A stretch of 64,000 nt of DNA from Eledone cirrhosa. Lineage: Eukaryota. The stretch is taken from contig OZ024743.1 in assembly GCA_964016885.1 (NCBI GenBank), positions 29,946,001-30,010,000 on the forward strand, given 5' to 3'. Every line of letters begins with the position of its first letter. Position 1 is the stretch's first letter. Below, piece by piece: positions 40,655-53,600 of the stretch. A program made the translations under genes and the position numbers. Under the pieces are notes generated by a model. That model was not told the DNA's origin. It was given only the letters and a program-made list of their open reading frames with translations, and did no database searches.

Positions 40655-43600
40655 CAGGGTCCCTATACAAACTTATAGGTCCCTAAAAGAAACATTTGAG
40701 AATGATGTGGGGAATTCCTGCGTGACACCACTGAACCGCGTCCTTCTCAAATGTCTGCCCACGCCAGACACCCCCGTCCCACCAGACCCCACCCCACCAC
40801 ACATCTCCGTCCCCACCACGCCGGAAACCACCACCCATCCAGACAACCCCTCCAACACCCCCATGGAAATCGTGCAGCCTGGTCCCCAGGAGACGAAGGG
40901 TGAGTGATCTCTTTTCCTCTTTTAACTTTTCAGCACCAACATGGCCAATATAAGTGTTGGATGTGTGAACGTACGCGGCCTGGGTATGCCCTGGAAACAG
41001 GGCAAACTCTTAAACGACCTCAGGTCGCACAGTATGGATGTGGTAGCCGTTTGCGAGTCCAGGATCCACAGCGACGACAGCTGGCCCCCATATTCGATGA
41101 TTTTGAGATCTACGCATCTCTCTGTCAACCGGGGGGTGGGGCCGGAGTTGCCGTTTTGCTGCGGAAACACCTGGGCCTCGTAACACAGACAGTACATCTG
41201 GACCCGGAGGGTCGACTGGTGGTCCTAGACGTTGACGGTAGTGAAGGTGGAGACTTCAGGCTGGTGGCCGCATATGCACCATCCGGGACATCCGCGGCCA
41301 GACTTCTTCAAACGTCTAGAGACTTTTCTGGGAACATCCCGCTCCTTGCTTTTAGTGGGGGACTGGAATGGAATCCTAGATGCACGTTGGGACTATGTGG
41401 GAGCATGTCCCGATAAAGGGGGTGTAACAGTCTCAAACAGTTAATCAACCGATTTGACCTGGCCGATAGATATCGACTAGATTTTCCAACTGCGCCACTG
41501 TGGACGTGGACTAATCGTAGTGGAACATCTAGATCGTACCTAGATAGGGTTCTAGTTAGAAATAAGGATAGGGACATTTTAAGCTATCCATAAATGTTCA
41601 TGGTTGCCTATTAAGATCACAAACTAGTGACCAGCATGGCCAACCTTGATAGAACCCATAGACAAGGACCCGGCTACTGGAAGCTGAACCTGTCGTTACC
41701 GACAAGCAAAGCTTACAGTAGACGGATTAGCACTTTAGTTAAACAGCACTTGACAGGGGCCATTGTCAACAACAGATGGTGGTACTCTCTCAAGAGGGCA
41801 GTTAGATTAGACTCGTTAGTTTTTAGTAAAGAATTAGCGTTAGATAGAAATAGAACCGAGAAGGAACTGGTAGATAAAGTAGAAGAGGTAATTAGAAGTG
41901 GCAACGTAGTCAGCGTGCTAGCAACGAGAACGGCCTTGGACCAGTTATTCGACGCAAAGCACTAGGGCTGCGTTGTCAGAAGCAAAATACGTGCTCTGGG
42001 AAACGAGGGAGCCAAAGCTGTTAGCTGGGCCCGAGTGACGGAGGCAAAAAGTGGCAACAAGTCCACGATTCGGTCTTTGAAGGACCAAAACGGACGCTTG
42101 ATACGTGAGCCGAAGCAGATGTGTGCGGCCTTTCAGCGGCACTTTGCTCAACTGTTCGGGCGGGGCGTCGCGCCGGGAGGGGCTATGGATTTCGGTCCAT
42201 ACCTCGACGGCCTACCGCGACTCTCGGACAGGGAGGCAAAGTTCTGTGAAAAGCGGATTTCATCCGCTGAGATAGGGGACGCGCTGAGCCAATGCGGCAA
42301 ACGCAAATCTCCAGGTCTTGACGGTCTGCCCTACGAAATTTACGTAGCAATGTCGGACATATTCTCCGGTCTCCTGGAAGCGGTCTACTGCAACAGGCAA
42401 CAGAACTGGAGAATTCCCAGTTCTGTAACCGAGGGCATAGTCACACTAATCAGGAAGGACGAGAATAAGGGGGATGACATAGGCAACTTCCGGGCCATAA
42501 TTCTGCTAAACACAGAGTTAGAGATTTTTTGCCAAGGTGTTGTCAAATAGACTGGCGCCTGACGTCGAGAATCTGGTGGGAGAACCGCAGACATGCGCAA
42601 TCCCAACCAGGTCCATACACGACAACCTCCACCTCATGCGATACATCATAGAGAGGGTAGGATGTAAACCCGGCTTCGGTGGGGCCCTGATCAACTTGGA
42701 TCAGTCTAAGGCTTTCGATAGGGTTGACCATCGTTACCTGGATGCGGTGCTTGAGGCGGCAGGCTTCGTACCCGTTTTCAGGGGCTGGATTGCTGAAATG
42801 CAAAGCAGCAACATCTGCTCAAGGGTCAAGATGAACGGTTACATCTCGGAGCCGTTCCATATTACGCGATCCATTCGACAGGGATGCCCTCTCTCCTCCC
42901 TTCTGTACGCACTGACTCGAGAGCCACTACTGCGGAAGCTGGAGCTATTGCAGGGCATCCATTTGGAACCGGGACTGCGAAAAGCGGCGTCGGCCTAGGC
43001 TGACGACGTGACAGTAATGGTATCGAGCGCCTCGCAAATCGAGGAAGTCGGCACCTTACTGAAGGAATACGAAAGTTTCACAGGAGTGAAGCTGAACTGG
43101 GACAAGCCCATCGGTTTGCAACTCGGATCGTGGAGAGTCAGACCGATGCCTTCCGATGGCGTCGTCGGGCGCTGGACGGAAGGACCGCTAAAGCTGCTCG
43201 GGGTCTGGTTTGGTCCGGACCTCCAGGTGGAGAAGAACTGGAACGAAGTGACGGCCAAGGTGTTTGCACTCACCCAGAAGTGGGCCGAGTGCAAACTATC
43301 CTTGAAAGGTCGAGCGGAGGTGGCGAACACTTTTATAGCGTCCGCCATCTACTACCGCCTGACCGTCGTGCCTTGTCCAGCCAAAACGCTCGCCAAAATG
43401 GAGCGCGCGCTCTTCCAATTCCTTTGGAAGAGGCGGGCTCCTTTGGTGAGAATATCCATCTGCTGCCAACACTTCTAACGGAGTGCTGGGGATGCCGTGG
43501 TTGACGATGCGCAAACACGCGCTTAGGCTGCGGCATCTCTACGTATTCCTCACCGCACAACCGGTGTGGGCCCCGTTCGTGAGGCCAGCCTTCCCACAAT

Positions 43601-44611
43601 TCGTCTCGCTGACCGAGCTGCAGTCCTGGGTCAAGCAAAGACCGAGGAAAATGGGTGACTGGCACATCGAATGTGCTCAGGCGTTCACAGCCCTCTGGCA
43701 GGCGGACCCGGCGATCAGTGGAGACTCCACTTCGTCATTCTATAGAGGGTTGGTCCGCAGCAAGTGCGACGACGCGCTCGGTGAAACTCTAGGCGTAGAG
43801 GAAGATGAACTGGACAGTCTGTTCGGTAGGACCTTCCGCCCGGGACCGATGGACAACTTCCAAAAGTCCCTGGCCTGGCAATGCTACCGACGAGCTCTAC
43901 CAGTTCGAGAGAAGCTCTACAGACATGGGCGCCCGGGAAGGGACCCTGCAAAAAAGATCTGTCCGAGGTGCGTGCGAGACGAAGAAACCGTCGCGCACGC
44001 ATTCATACACTGCCCGGGCGTCACTGACCTGTGGGGCTATGTGGAACGACTATTGTCGCGGATAGGACCAGTCCGGTTGACCACCGACTCCATTGTCATG
44101 ATCAACCCGCCACCCTCCTTCAAAAACGAAGGAGAGGCGGTTTTCCTGTGTGTGATAGCTATGGCGAAAGAGGTTGTAACGTGGACAAGATTGAAAGGGC
44201 TGAGGTCAGACACCTTTCTCTCCGGCCAACAACTGATTCTTTTTTCAAATACCACTTTGGAAGAATAATCAGGATGGAGAGAGTGGTGCTGTACCCCGGC
44301 AAGTTTTATGAAAGGTGGGTTAAAGTGGCGAGAATGGCCCGAGTAAATGGGCCTTCTCTCTATATCAGCCTGTAGGTTTAGGAAAAGGAGGAGGAGAGGA
44401 AAGGAGTACAAACTCTTCGTACTCCTGGCGATGAGGGTTGCACATTTTTTCGGGGGTATGTGTTACCCATATAAACTGTCTCCTCCTACTGGGGAAAATC
44501 GACTAACTTTTTAAATTGCATTTGTGATAACATTTTACACGTTTTTATTGTATGTAAACTTCCCCCTTTGTACTTGTCCCCTGCATTTGTGCCCCTGTGG
44601 CTAATCAAGTA
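40655..44611 (+). mobile_element. Tx1/L1-clade LINE copy 1 (5'-truncated in ORF1; subfamily A)
   Basis: Starts at sequence matching 46591; ORF2 40941-44375 with APE, RT and C-terminal Cys/His domain; the Y of YADD is a stop codon. Confidence 0.95.
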
Positions 44612-44691
<80 letters not shown>

Positions 44692-44923
44692 GTCTATCTC
44701 TCTATCAGACGTGTGTCACTTCGCGGAGAAGTTTCCGTTAATCTATGTAAGAAAAAAAAGTGAGTTTTTAGTTAAATTTTATATCATTGTGTAACTTGAC
44801 CACCCGTCTGGACCTTCAGGTGGTGGGTCAACTCATTTTCGCCCCTACAGGGGCGGAATATTCATTTAAAAAATTTTTCTCCATCGAATCTTGGAAAAAA
44901 TATTGTAAAATTTTGATTACGTT

Positions 44924-46841
44924 ATGAACGCTGCATCCAACGATAATGGTGGTGGAGAGGCGGTAAGACTACAAAGCTCGCAGTCAACAACGTCTTCTTC
45001 ACTAGATACTACAGAGATGGAAAGACAAAATGAAAATAAAAAAACCAATTCATATCCAAACAACACAAATGACACCAAACAGTCCAATGACAACAAAAAT
45101 AACAGCAAAACCAATAATGATGATAAAAGCAACAATGATAACAACAACAAAGAAAAAAAATAAAGACAACGCCAATAACACCAGCATCAAAGACAACAAC
45201 AACACCAAGGAAAATACGGATGATACCAACATCTGTGACAACAAGAATAACAACAACAATAACAACAATAATGACAACACCACCAATACGGATTCCACAA
45301 AGAAACCAAAAATCTCCTTTGCGGAGAAAGTTCAAAAGAAAGAAGAATTGATATATCTCGACATAACGAATGCTGAACAACTTTTAAAGGACGCTAAGAG
45401 ATATGTCACTTTCGAAAAAAATGGTGCTTTCAGCATCAATTCTCCGGTAGAAATTCGCAAGGAAACTGCTCTCAAAACGATAGTTTTTAGGACAGTTTCC
45501 AATTCTACCCGAAAACCAGTCCAATTGTCACAGAAAGAAAATTGAACTGGTTTTCAAAAATTCAATGAATGATATTGCATTCATTCAAAGAAGCAAACTT
45601 TTTGGGAGTATTTCGGTACTCATGAAGGATCAATTGACGGCCCAAAATTACTCTGTGTCGCCAATTGTATCCAACCTGTACACCCTTTTCCCTATATACA
45701 TGGGAAAAAGGACACAAAAGATCAGAATCACGAGTGTCACACCAAAGGTGAACATATGGTGGATACTGTGCGGCTTCATCAATTTTGATGAAGACAGAAT
45801 ACTGTCAGTAGGAAAGTCCCCCAGAGATGTATTCAATGGGACTAGCATTGATGTTCTGGTGCAAATGAGCCCAGAGCGAATAGCTATGATCCTACAGCGT
45901 GTACTCCTGGACGGACTCACCTACATACACTTTTCGGTTGAGGGTAGTCGGCCTTCATGTTACCATTGCTTTAGCAGTGGTCACCTGAGGGCTTCCTGTC
46001 CTAAACTAATGAACCAAAAAAAGGCTCTTCTGCCGACACCCATCAAAACAACACGACCACCAACACCACCACAACAACAACAACAACAACACACAAAAAT
46101 AACCACAACAAACACAGTCCCACTCAACCCCACTCCACCTAAAACCACTGCAAAATCATACACAGGCACAACAGCTCCCCAAGACATACCCCTCCCCAAT
46201 CACACAGACGATACAACAGATGAGGCTATCTCGCCATCACCCAGTGAAGACGAGGGAGGACCCCATCGCTCGAAAAGAAAGAAAAGACATCACAAAAGCA
46301 AAAAACCAGCAAACACTACCACAAACATACAACCACCAACACAAACAACAAAAATATCACAAACAAAACCCCCACCTCCTGAAAACAAAATACCTACAAC
46401 AAAACGAAAGCACACACAAGAACTACAGACAAAAACAAACACAACACAAGAAAATTACACTTACACTTACATAAACACTGAAAACAAAACACTAATGGAG
46501 ACCATCACGAACGACCCTTTGGTTTTCACCGAAGGGAAAACTTTCGCCCACTCTATTAAAAATAACAAAAAACTGAACCTAAAACTGATTAGGGTCCCTA
46601 TACAAACTTATAGGTCCCTAAAAGAAACATTTGAGAAGGATGTGGGGAATTCCTGCGTGAAACCACTCAACCGCGTCCTCTCAAATGCCTCCCCACCCCA
46701 GACACTCCCATCCCACCAGACCCCACCCCACCAAACATCTTCGTTCCCACCCCGCCGGAAATCACCACCCATCCAGACAACCCCTCCAACACCCCCATGG
46801 AAATCGTGCGGCCTGGTCCCCAGGAGGCGAAGGGTGAGTGA
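44924..46841 (+). pseudogene. LINE ORF1 (gag-like, CCHC zinc knuckle), frameshifted
   Basis: EGSRPSCYHCFSSGHLRASCP; N/T/P-rich low-complexity segments. Confidence 0.85.
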
Positions 46842-46874
46842 TCTCTTTTCCTCTTTTAACTTTTCAGCACCAAC

Positions 46875-49800
46875 ATGGCCAATATAAGAGTTGGATGTGT
46901 GAACATACGTGGCCTGGGGATGCCCTGGAAACAGGGCAAACTCTTAAACGACCTCAGGTCGCACAGTATGGATGTGGTAGCCATTTGCGAGTCCAGGATC
47001 CACGGCGAGCGACAGCTGGCCACCATATTCGATGACTTTGAGATCTACGCATCTCTCTGTCAACCGGGGGGTGGGGGCGGAGTTGCCGTTTTGCTGCGGA
47101 AACACCTGGGCCTCGTAACACAGACGGTACATCTGGACCCGGAGGGTCGACTGGTGGTCCTAGACGTTGACGGTAGTGAAGGTGGAGCCTTCAGGCTGGT
47201 GGCCGAATATGCCCCATCCGGGACAGCGCGGCCAGACTTCTTCAAACGTCTAGAGACTTTTCTGGGAACGTCCCGCTCCTTGCTTTTAGTGGGGGACTGG
47301 AATGGAATCCTAGATGCACGTTGGGACTATGTGGGAGCATGTCCCGATAAAGGGGGGTGTAACAGCCTCAAACAGTTAATCGACCGATTTGACCTGGCCG
47401 ATAGATATCGACTAGATTTTCCGACTGCGCCACTGTGGACGTGGAGTAATCGTAGCGGAACATCTAGATCGTACCTAGATAGGGTTCTAGTTAGAAATAA
47501 GGATAGGGACATGTTAAGCTGTCCACAAATGTTCATGGTTGCCTATTCAGATCACAAACTAGTGACCTGCATGGCCAACCTTGAAAGAACCCATAGACAA
47601 GGACCCGGCTACTGGAAGCTGAACTTGTCGTTACCGACAAGCAAAGCTTACAGTAGACGGATTAGCACTTTAGTTAAACAGCACTTGACAGGGGCCATTG
47701 TCAACAACAGATGGTGGTACTCTCTCAAGAGGGCGGTTAGATTAGACTCGTTAGTTTTTAGTAAAGAATTAACGTTAGATAGAAATAGAACCGAGAAGGA
47801 ACTGGTAGATAAAGTAGAAGAGGTAATTAGAAGTGGCACCGTAGCCAGCGTGCTAGCAACGAGAACGGCTTTGGACCAGTTCTTCGACGCAAAGCACGAG
47901 GGCTGCTTTGTCAGAAGGAAAATACGGGCTCTGGGAAACGAGGGAGCCAAAGCTGTTTGCTGGGCCCGAGTGACGGAGGCAAAAAGTGGCAACAAGTCCA
48001 CGATTCGGTCTTTGAAGGACCAAAACGGACGCGTGATACGTGAGCCGAAGCAGATGTGTGCGGCTTTTCAGCGGCACTTTGCTCGGCTGTTCGGGGGGAG
48101 CGGCGCGCCGGGAAAGGCTATGGATTTCGGTCCATACCTCGACGGCCTACCGCGACTCTCGGACAGCGGGGCAAAGTTCTGCGAAAAGCCGATTTCAGCC
48201 ACTGAGATAGGGGGCGCGCTGAGCCAATGCGGCAAACGCTAATCTCCAGGTCTCGACGGTCTACCCTACGAAATTTACGTAGCAATGCCGGACTTATTCT
48301 CCGGTCTCCTGGAAGCGGTCTACTGCAACTGGCAACAGAACAGGAGAATTCCCAGTTCTGTAACCGGGTGCGTGGTCACACTAATCAGGAAGGACGAGAA
48401 TAAGGGGGATGACATTGGCAACTTCCGGCCCATAACTCTGCTAAACACAGAGTTAGAGATTTTGGCGAAGGTGTTGGCAAAGAGGCTGGCGCTTGTCGTC
48501 GGGAACCTGGTGGGAGAAGCGCAGACATGCGCAATCCCGACCAGGTCCATACACGACAACCTCCACCTCATGCGATACATCATAGAGAGGGTAGGGTGCA
48601 AACCCGGCTTCGGTGGGGCCCTGATCAACTTGGATCAGTCTAAGGCTTTCGATAGGGTTGACCATCGTTACCTGGATGCGGTGCTCGAGGCGGCAAGCTT
48701 CGGACCCGTGTTCAGGGGCTGGATTGCTGAAATGCACAACAGCAACATCTGCTCAAGGGTCATGGTGAACGGCTACCTCTCGGAACCGTTCCATATTACG
48801 CGATCCATTCGACAGGGATGCCCTCTCTCCTCCCTTCTGTACGTACTGACTCGAGGGCCACTACTGCGGAAGCTGGAGCTATTGCAGGGCATCCCTCTGG
48901 AACCGGGACTGCGGAAAGCGGCGTCGGCCTACGCCGACGACGTTCCAGTAATTGTGTCGAGCGCCTCGCAAATCGAGGAAGTCGGCACCTTACTGAAGGA
49001 ATACGAAAGTGTCACAGGAGCGAAGCGGAACCGGGAAAAGTCCATCGGTTTGCAACTCGGATCGTGGAGAGGCAGACCGATGCCTTCCGATGGCGTCGTC
49101 GGACGCTGGACGGAAGGACCGGTAATGCTGCTCGGGGTCTGGTTTGGTCCGGACCTCCAGGTGGAGAAGAACTGGAACGAAGTGACGGCCAAGGAGTTTG
49201 CACTCACCCAGAAGTGGGCCAAGTGCAAACTATCCTTGAAAGGTCGAGCGGAGGTGGCGAACACTTTTATAGCGTCCGCCATCTACTACCGCTTGACCAT
49301 CGTGCCTTGTCCAGCCAAAACGCTCACCAAAATGGAGCGCGCGCTCTTCCGATTCCTTTGGAAGAGGCGGGCTCCTTTGGTGAGAAGATCGATCTGCTGC
49401 CAACACCCTTCTAACGGAGGGCTGGGGATGCCGTGGTTGACGATGCGCAAACACGCGCTCAGGCTGCGGCATCTCTACGTATTCCTCACCGGACAACCGG
49501 TGTGGGCCTCGTTCGTGAGGCGAGCCTTCCCCGACTCGTCTCACTGACCGAGCTGCAGTCCTGGGTCAAGCAAAGACCGAGGAAAATGGGCGACTGGCAC
49601 ATCGAATGTGCTCAGGCGCTCACAGCCCTCTGGCAGGCGGACCCGGCGATCAGTGGAGACTCCACTTCGTCATTCTTTAGAGGGTTGGTCCGCAGCAAGT
49701 GCGACGACGCGCTCGGTGAAACTCTAGGCGTAGAGGAAGATGAACTGGCCAGTCTGTTCGGTAGGACCTTCCGCCCGGGACCGATGGACAACTTCCAAAA

Positions 49801-50304
49801 GTCCCTGGCCTGGCAGTGCTACCGACGAGCTCTACCAGTTCGAGACAAGCTCTACAGACATGGGCGCCCGGGCAGGGACCCTGGAAAAAAGATCTGTCCG
49901 AGGTGCGTGCGAGACGAAGAAACCGTCGCGCATGCATTCATACACTGCCCGGGCGTCACTGACCTGTGGGGCTATGTAGAACGACTATTGTCGCGGGTGG
50001 GACCAATCCAGTTGACCACCGAGTCCATTGTCATGATCAAACCGCCACCCTCCTTCAAAAACGAAGGAGAGGCGGTTTTCCTTTGTGTGATAGCTATGGC
50101 GAAAGAGGTTGTATGGTGGACAAGGTTGAAAGGGCTGAGGTCAGACACCTTTCTCTCCGGCCAACAACTGATTCTTTTTTTCAAATACCACTTTGGAAGA
50201 AGAATCAGTATGGAGAGAGAGGTGCTGTACCCCAGTTCGTTTTATGAAATGTGGGTGAAAGTGGCGAGAATGGCCCGAGTGAATGGCCCTATATCAGCCT
50301 GTAG
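46875..50304 (+). pseudogene. LINE ORF2: APE endonuclease plus reverse transcriptase
   Basis: NIRG, GDWN, SYLD, SDH, GYWKLN, NFRPITLLN, DQSKAFDRVDH, RQGCPLS, YADD, CPRC..ET..H..IHC; stop at 48240 and frameshifts near 49530 and 50288. Confidence 0.95.
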
Positions 50305-50542
50305 GTTTAGGAAAAGGAGGAGGAGAGGAAAGGAGTACAAACTCTTCGTACTCCTGGAGATGAGGGTTGCACTTTTTTTTTCGGGGGTATGTGTTACCCA
50401 TATAAACTGTCTCCCTCTATTGGGGAAAATCGACTAACTTTTTAAATTCCATTTGTGATAACATTTTACACGTTTGTATTGTATGTAAACTTCCCCCTTT
50501 GTATTTGTCCCCTTCTTTTGTGCCCCTGTGGCTAATAAGGAA

Positions 50543-50616
<74 letters not shown>

Positions 50617-50629
50617 TTATCTATCTATT

Positions 50630-53600
50630 TCTCTGTCTGACGCGTGGAACATCGCCGGTAAGTTTTTTGTTAATTTCTATGCAAAAAACCGATCTAATTG
50701 TTTGAAAAAACATAACACTTTGTAGATTAACCCCCCAAGCTGAATTGTCAGCTGGGTGGTAATCCCATTTTTCGATGGGCGAAAATTTTATTTTAAAAAT
50801 TTGTTTTAATATATCAGATTTTACAAACTAAATAACTTGAGCAACACAAGAACGCTGGAGAACGTTAATCGAGAAAAGAGAGAGAAAGAGGCAGATATTA
50901 ACGTTATATCTGCTTCTGCTACTATGGACGTCGCCATAGATACAAGTGTCAACAAAGAGACAAATATATTAACACTTGAAAATTTTAAAATTTCTACTGT
51001 CGAAGCGGAGAAAAATAACAATAATACTCAGGAAAACACAGGAATTAAACCCATTAACATATATACACATGAAAAAGACATCAACAACTCTACAGATACA
51101 TATACGCATAATGTTTTACCTCGACAAGGAACTGAGACTTCCAACAACGATAACAACAACAACAACAACAACAGCAACACCACACAAAAAAAGAAAATGT
51201 ATTTCGCTGAAACAGTGAACAAAAAACAAGATTTTATAATTCTTGATATCACCAACGCAAGAGATATGCTCCAGCAAGGGAGACCATTTGTAACTTTCGA
51301 AGAAAGAGGTGGGTTTAGAATTAACTCACCCCTTGAAATAAAGGAAGACACAATCTGCAGTTCAGTCACCTTTAGGACTGTGTCAAATTCCACAAGAATG
51401 CCGACATTTGTTAACCAAGCAGATATAGAAGATACTTTCAAGGAAATTCTAGCAAATGTCGATTTTCTCCAGCGCGGAAAACAGTACAGAAGTGTTTCCG
51501 TACTGTTTAAAAGCGAGACACTCGCCCCAAAAAACTCTGTGACACCAATGGTGTCAGAAGCATACACCTTTTTCCCTACATACATGGGAAAAAGGACACA
51601 ACAAATAAAAATAAAAAACATACCTCCAAACATTAACATCTGGTGGATCTTGGCTGGCTTCGTAGAGCCAGAAACTGATATGATACTTTCGATACGAAAA
51701 TCTATTCGACAAAGGTGGGCGGGCACAGATTTGGAGATTCTTTTGCAAATGAAACCGGAGAGAATCTCCAAAATACCCGAAAGAGTCGTTATCGATAATA
51801 ACAACAAAATAAACATTTCGGTAGAAGGACGAACATTTCATTGCTTTCGCTGTGGTAGCACAGCACACCTAAATGCCTCTTGTCCACAAACACAAAAACA
51901 ACATCATAAAAAAACGCCATTATCAACACGAACACAAAAACAATCACCACCACCACAAGTACAACGACAGACGAAACGAGCAACCCCACCAAAACAAACA
52001 GACACTCAACCAACAACAACAGAAAAAACAGAGACAACACCCCTGAAGAACACTCCATCAAACACTACCACAAATACACACGCCGAAACACCACCACCTG
52101 ACGATGATTATTCATCGACGGATGAAGCTGCTTTTCCTTCTTTAAGTGAAGAAGAGGGAGAACCGCGGAAATCTAAAAAAACAAAAAAAGGGACACCACA
52201 AAACCCCCAAAACTCCAATCACCAACACCAACACACAACCACAGACACAAACAACACCACAGTCAAACATCCCCTATCAGCAAAACCAGCACCAACACCA
52301 CCCCAAACACAAGCACCCACCATAAAAAAGAACACTCCCGGATGAACAATAAACTAAAACAACACAACAAAAACACAAACAACAATACGCATACATCAAC
52401 ACAAACAACAAGAGTTTGATGGAGGTCCTCTCCCAAAACCCCAAGGTGGAGACGGAGGGCAAAACTTTCGTCAGGGCAGAATCGTCTCCACACCTTAAAC
52501 TTATAAGGGTTTCTATGGAAACCTATAAAGACCTAAAAATTAAATTTTCACAGGACGTGGGCAACCCCTGCCACAAACCCATCAACCGCGTCCTGTTGAA
52601 AGGTTTCCCCACATTACCCAACACCCCATCCAGCACCCAAATGGAGATTGAACAACCCGATCTCCAGGAAACAAAAAGGTAAGTGCACCTTTCGTCCTTT
52701 TTCTCCAACTTTTCTTCACCAACATGGCTGGTTTACGAGTTGGAACCGTGAATGTGCGTGGCCTAGGGATGCCCTGGAAACAGGGCCAACTTTTAAACGA
52801 CCTTAGGTCACACAGTATGGATGTGATAGCCATCACCGAGTCCAGGATCCACAACAGGCAGCAACTAACCCCCATCTTCGACGACTTTGAGATCTACGCA
52901 TCTCTCTGTCAGCCAGGAGGTGGAGGTGGAGTGGCTGTCATGTTTCGGAAGAACCTGGACGTCGGAGTACAGAAAGTACACTTGGACCCGAGGGTAGACT
53001 GGTAGTCCTAGACGTGAACAGTATCGGAGGTGGAGCCTTCAGACTGGTGGCCGTTTATGCCCCGACCGGGAAATCGCAATCATGGCCAGACTTCTTTAAG
53101 CGTCTAGAGTCTTTTCTGGGAACGTCTCGCTCCTTACTTTTAGTGGGGGATTGGAACGGTATCCTAGATGCACGATGGGACTATGTGGGAGCATGTCCCA
53201 GTAGAGCGGGGTGCAACAGCCTCAACACTTTAATTGGCCAATTCCAACTGGCCGATAGGTATCGACTGGATTTCCCGACTGCACCACAGTGGACGTGGGT
53301 ACACCGCAGTGGGACATCTAGATCGTATTTAGATAGGTTCTTCATTAGAGAAAGGGACAAGGATATGTTAAGCTGTCCACGAATGCACATGGTTGCTTAT
53401 TCAGATCACAAGTTAGTCGTCTGCTTAGTCAACCGTGATAGAATACATAGACAGGGTCCCGGATACTGGAAGCTGAACGTGTCGTTGCCAGCACGTAAAG
53501 CTTACAGTGAACGGATAAGTAGACTAGTCAAGCAAAAGTTAACGGGAGCCATCGTCAACAATAGATGGTGGTACTCTCTCAAGAAAGCAATTAGAATAGA

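Larger units (their letters stand above)
44697..50542 (+). mobile_element. Tx1/L1-clade LINE copy 2 (full length; subfamily A)
   Basis: 5'UTR, ORF1, ORF2, 3'UTR; (TATC)n at 44612-44706 and 50543-50628. Confidence 0.96.

Noticed and set aside
40900-40933. 34-nt GT..AG mini-intron that might fuse ORF1 and ORF2
   Set aside because: Very short, the join is out of frame with ORF2, and the AG is absent in subfamilies B and C
42995-43348. Antisense ORF recurring in copies 1, 2, 3, 5 and 6
   Set aside because: Expected shadow of a conserved GC-rich RT frame; it ends at the TAG/TAA complementary to the YADD tyrosine region and has no independent support
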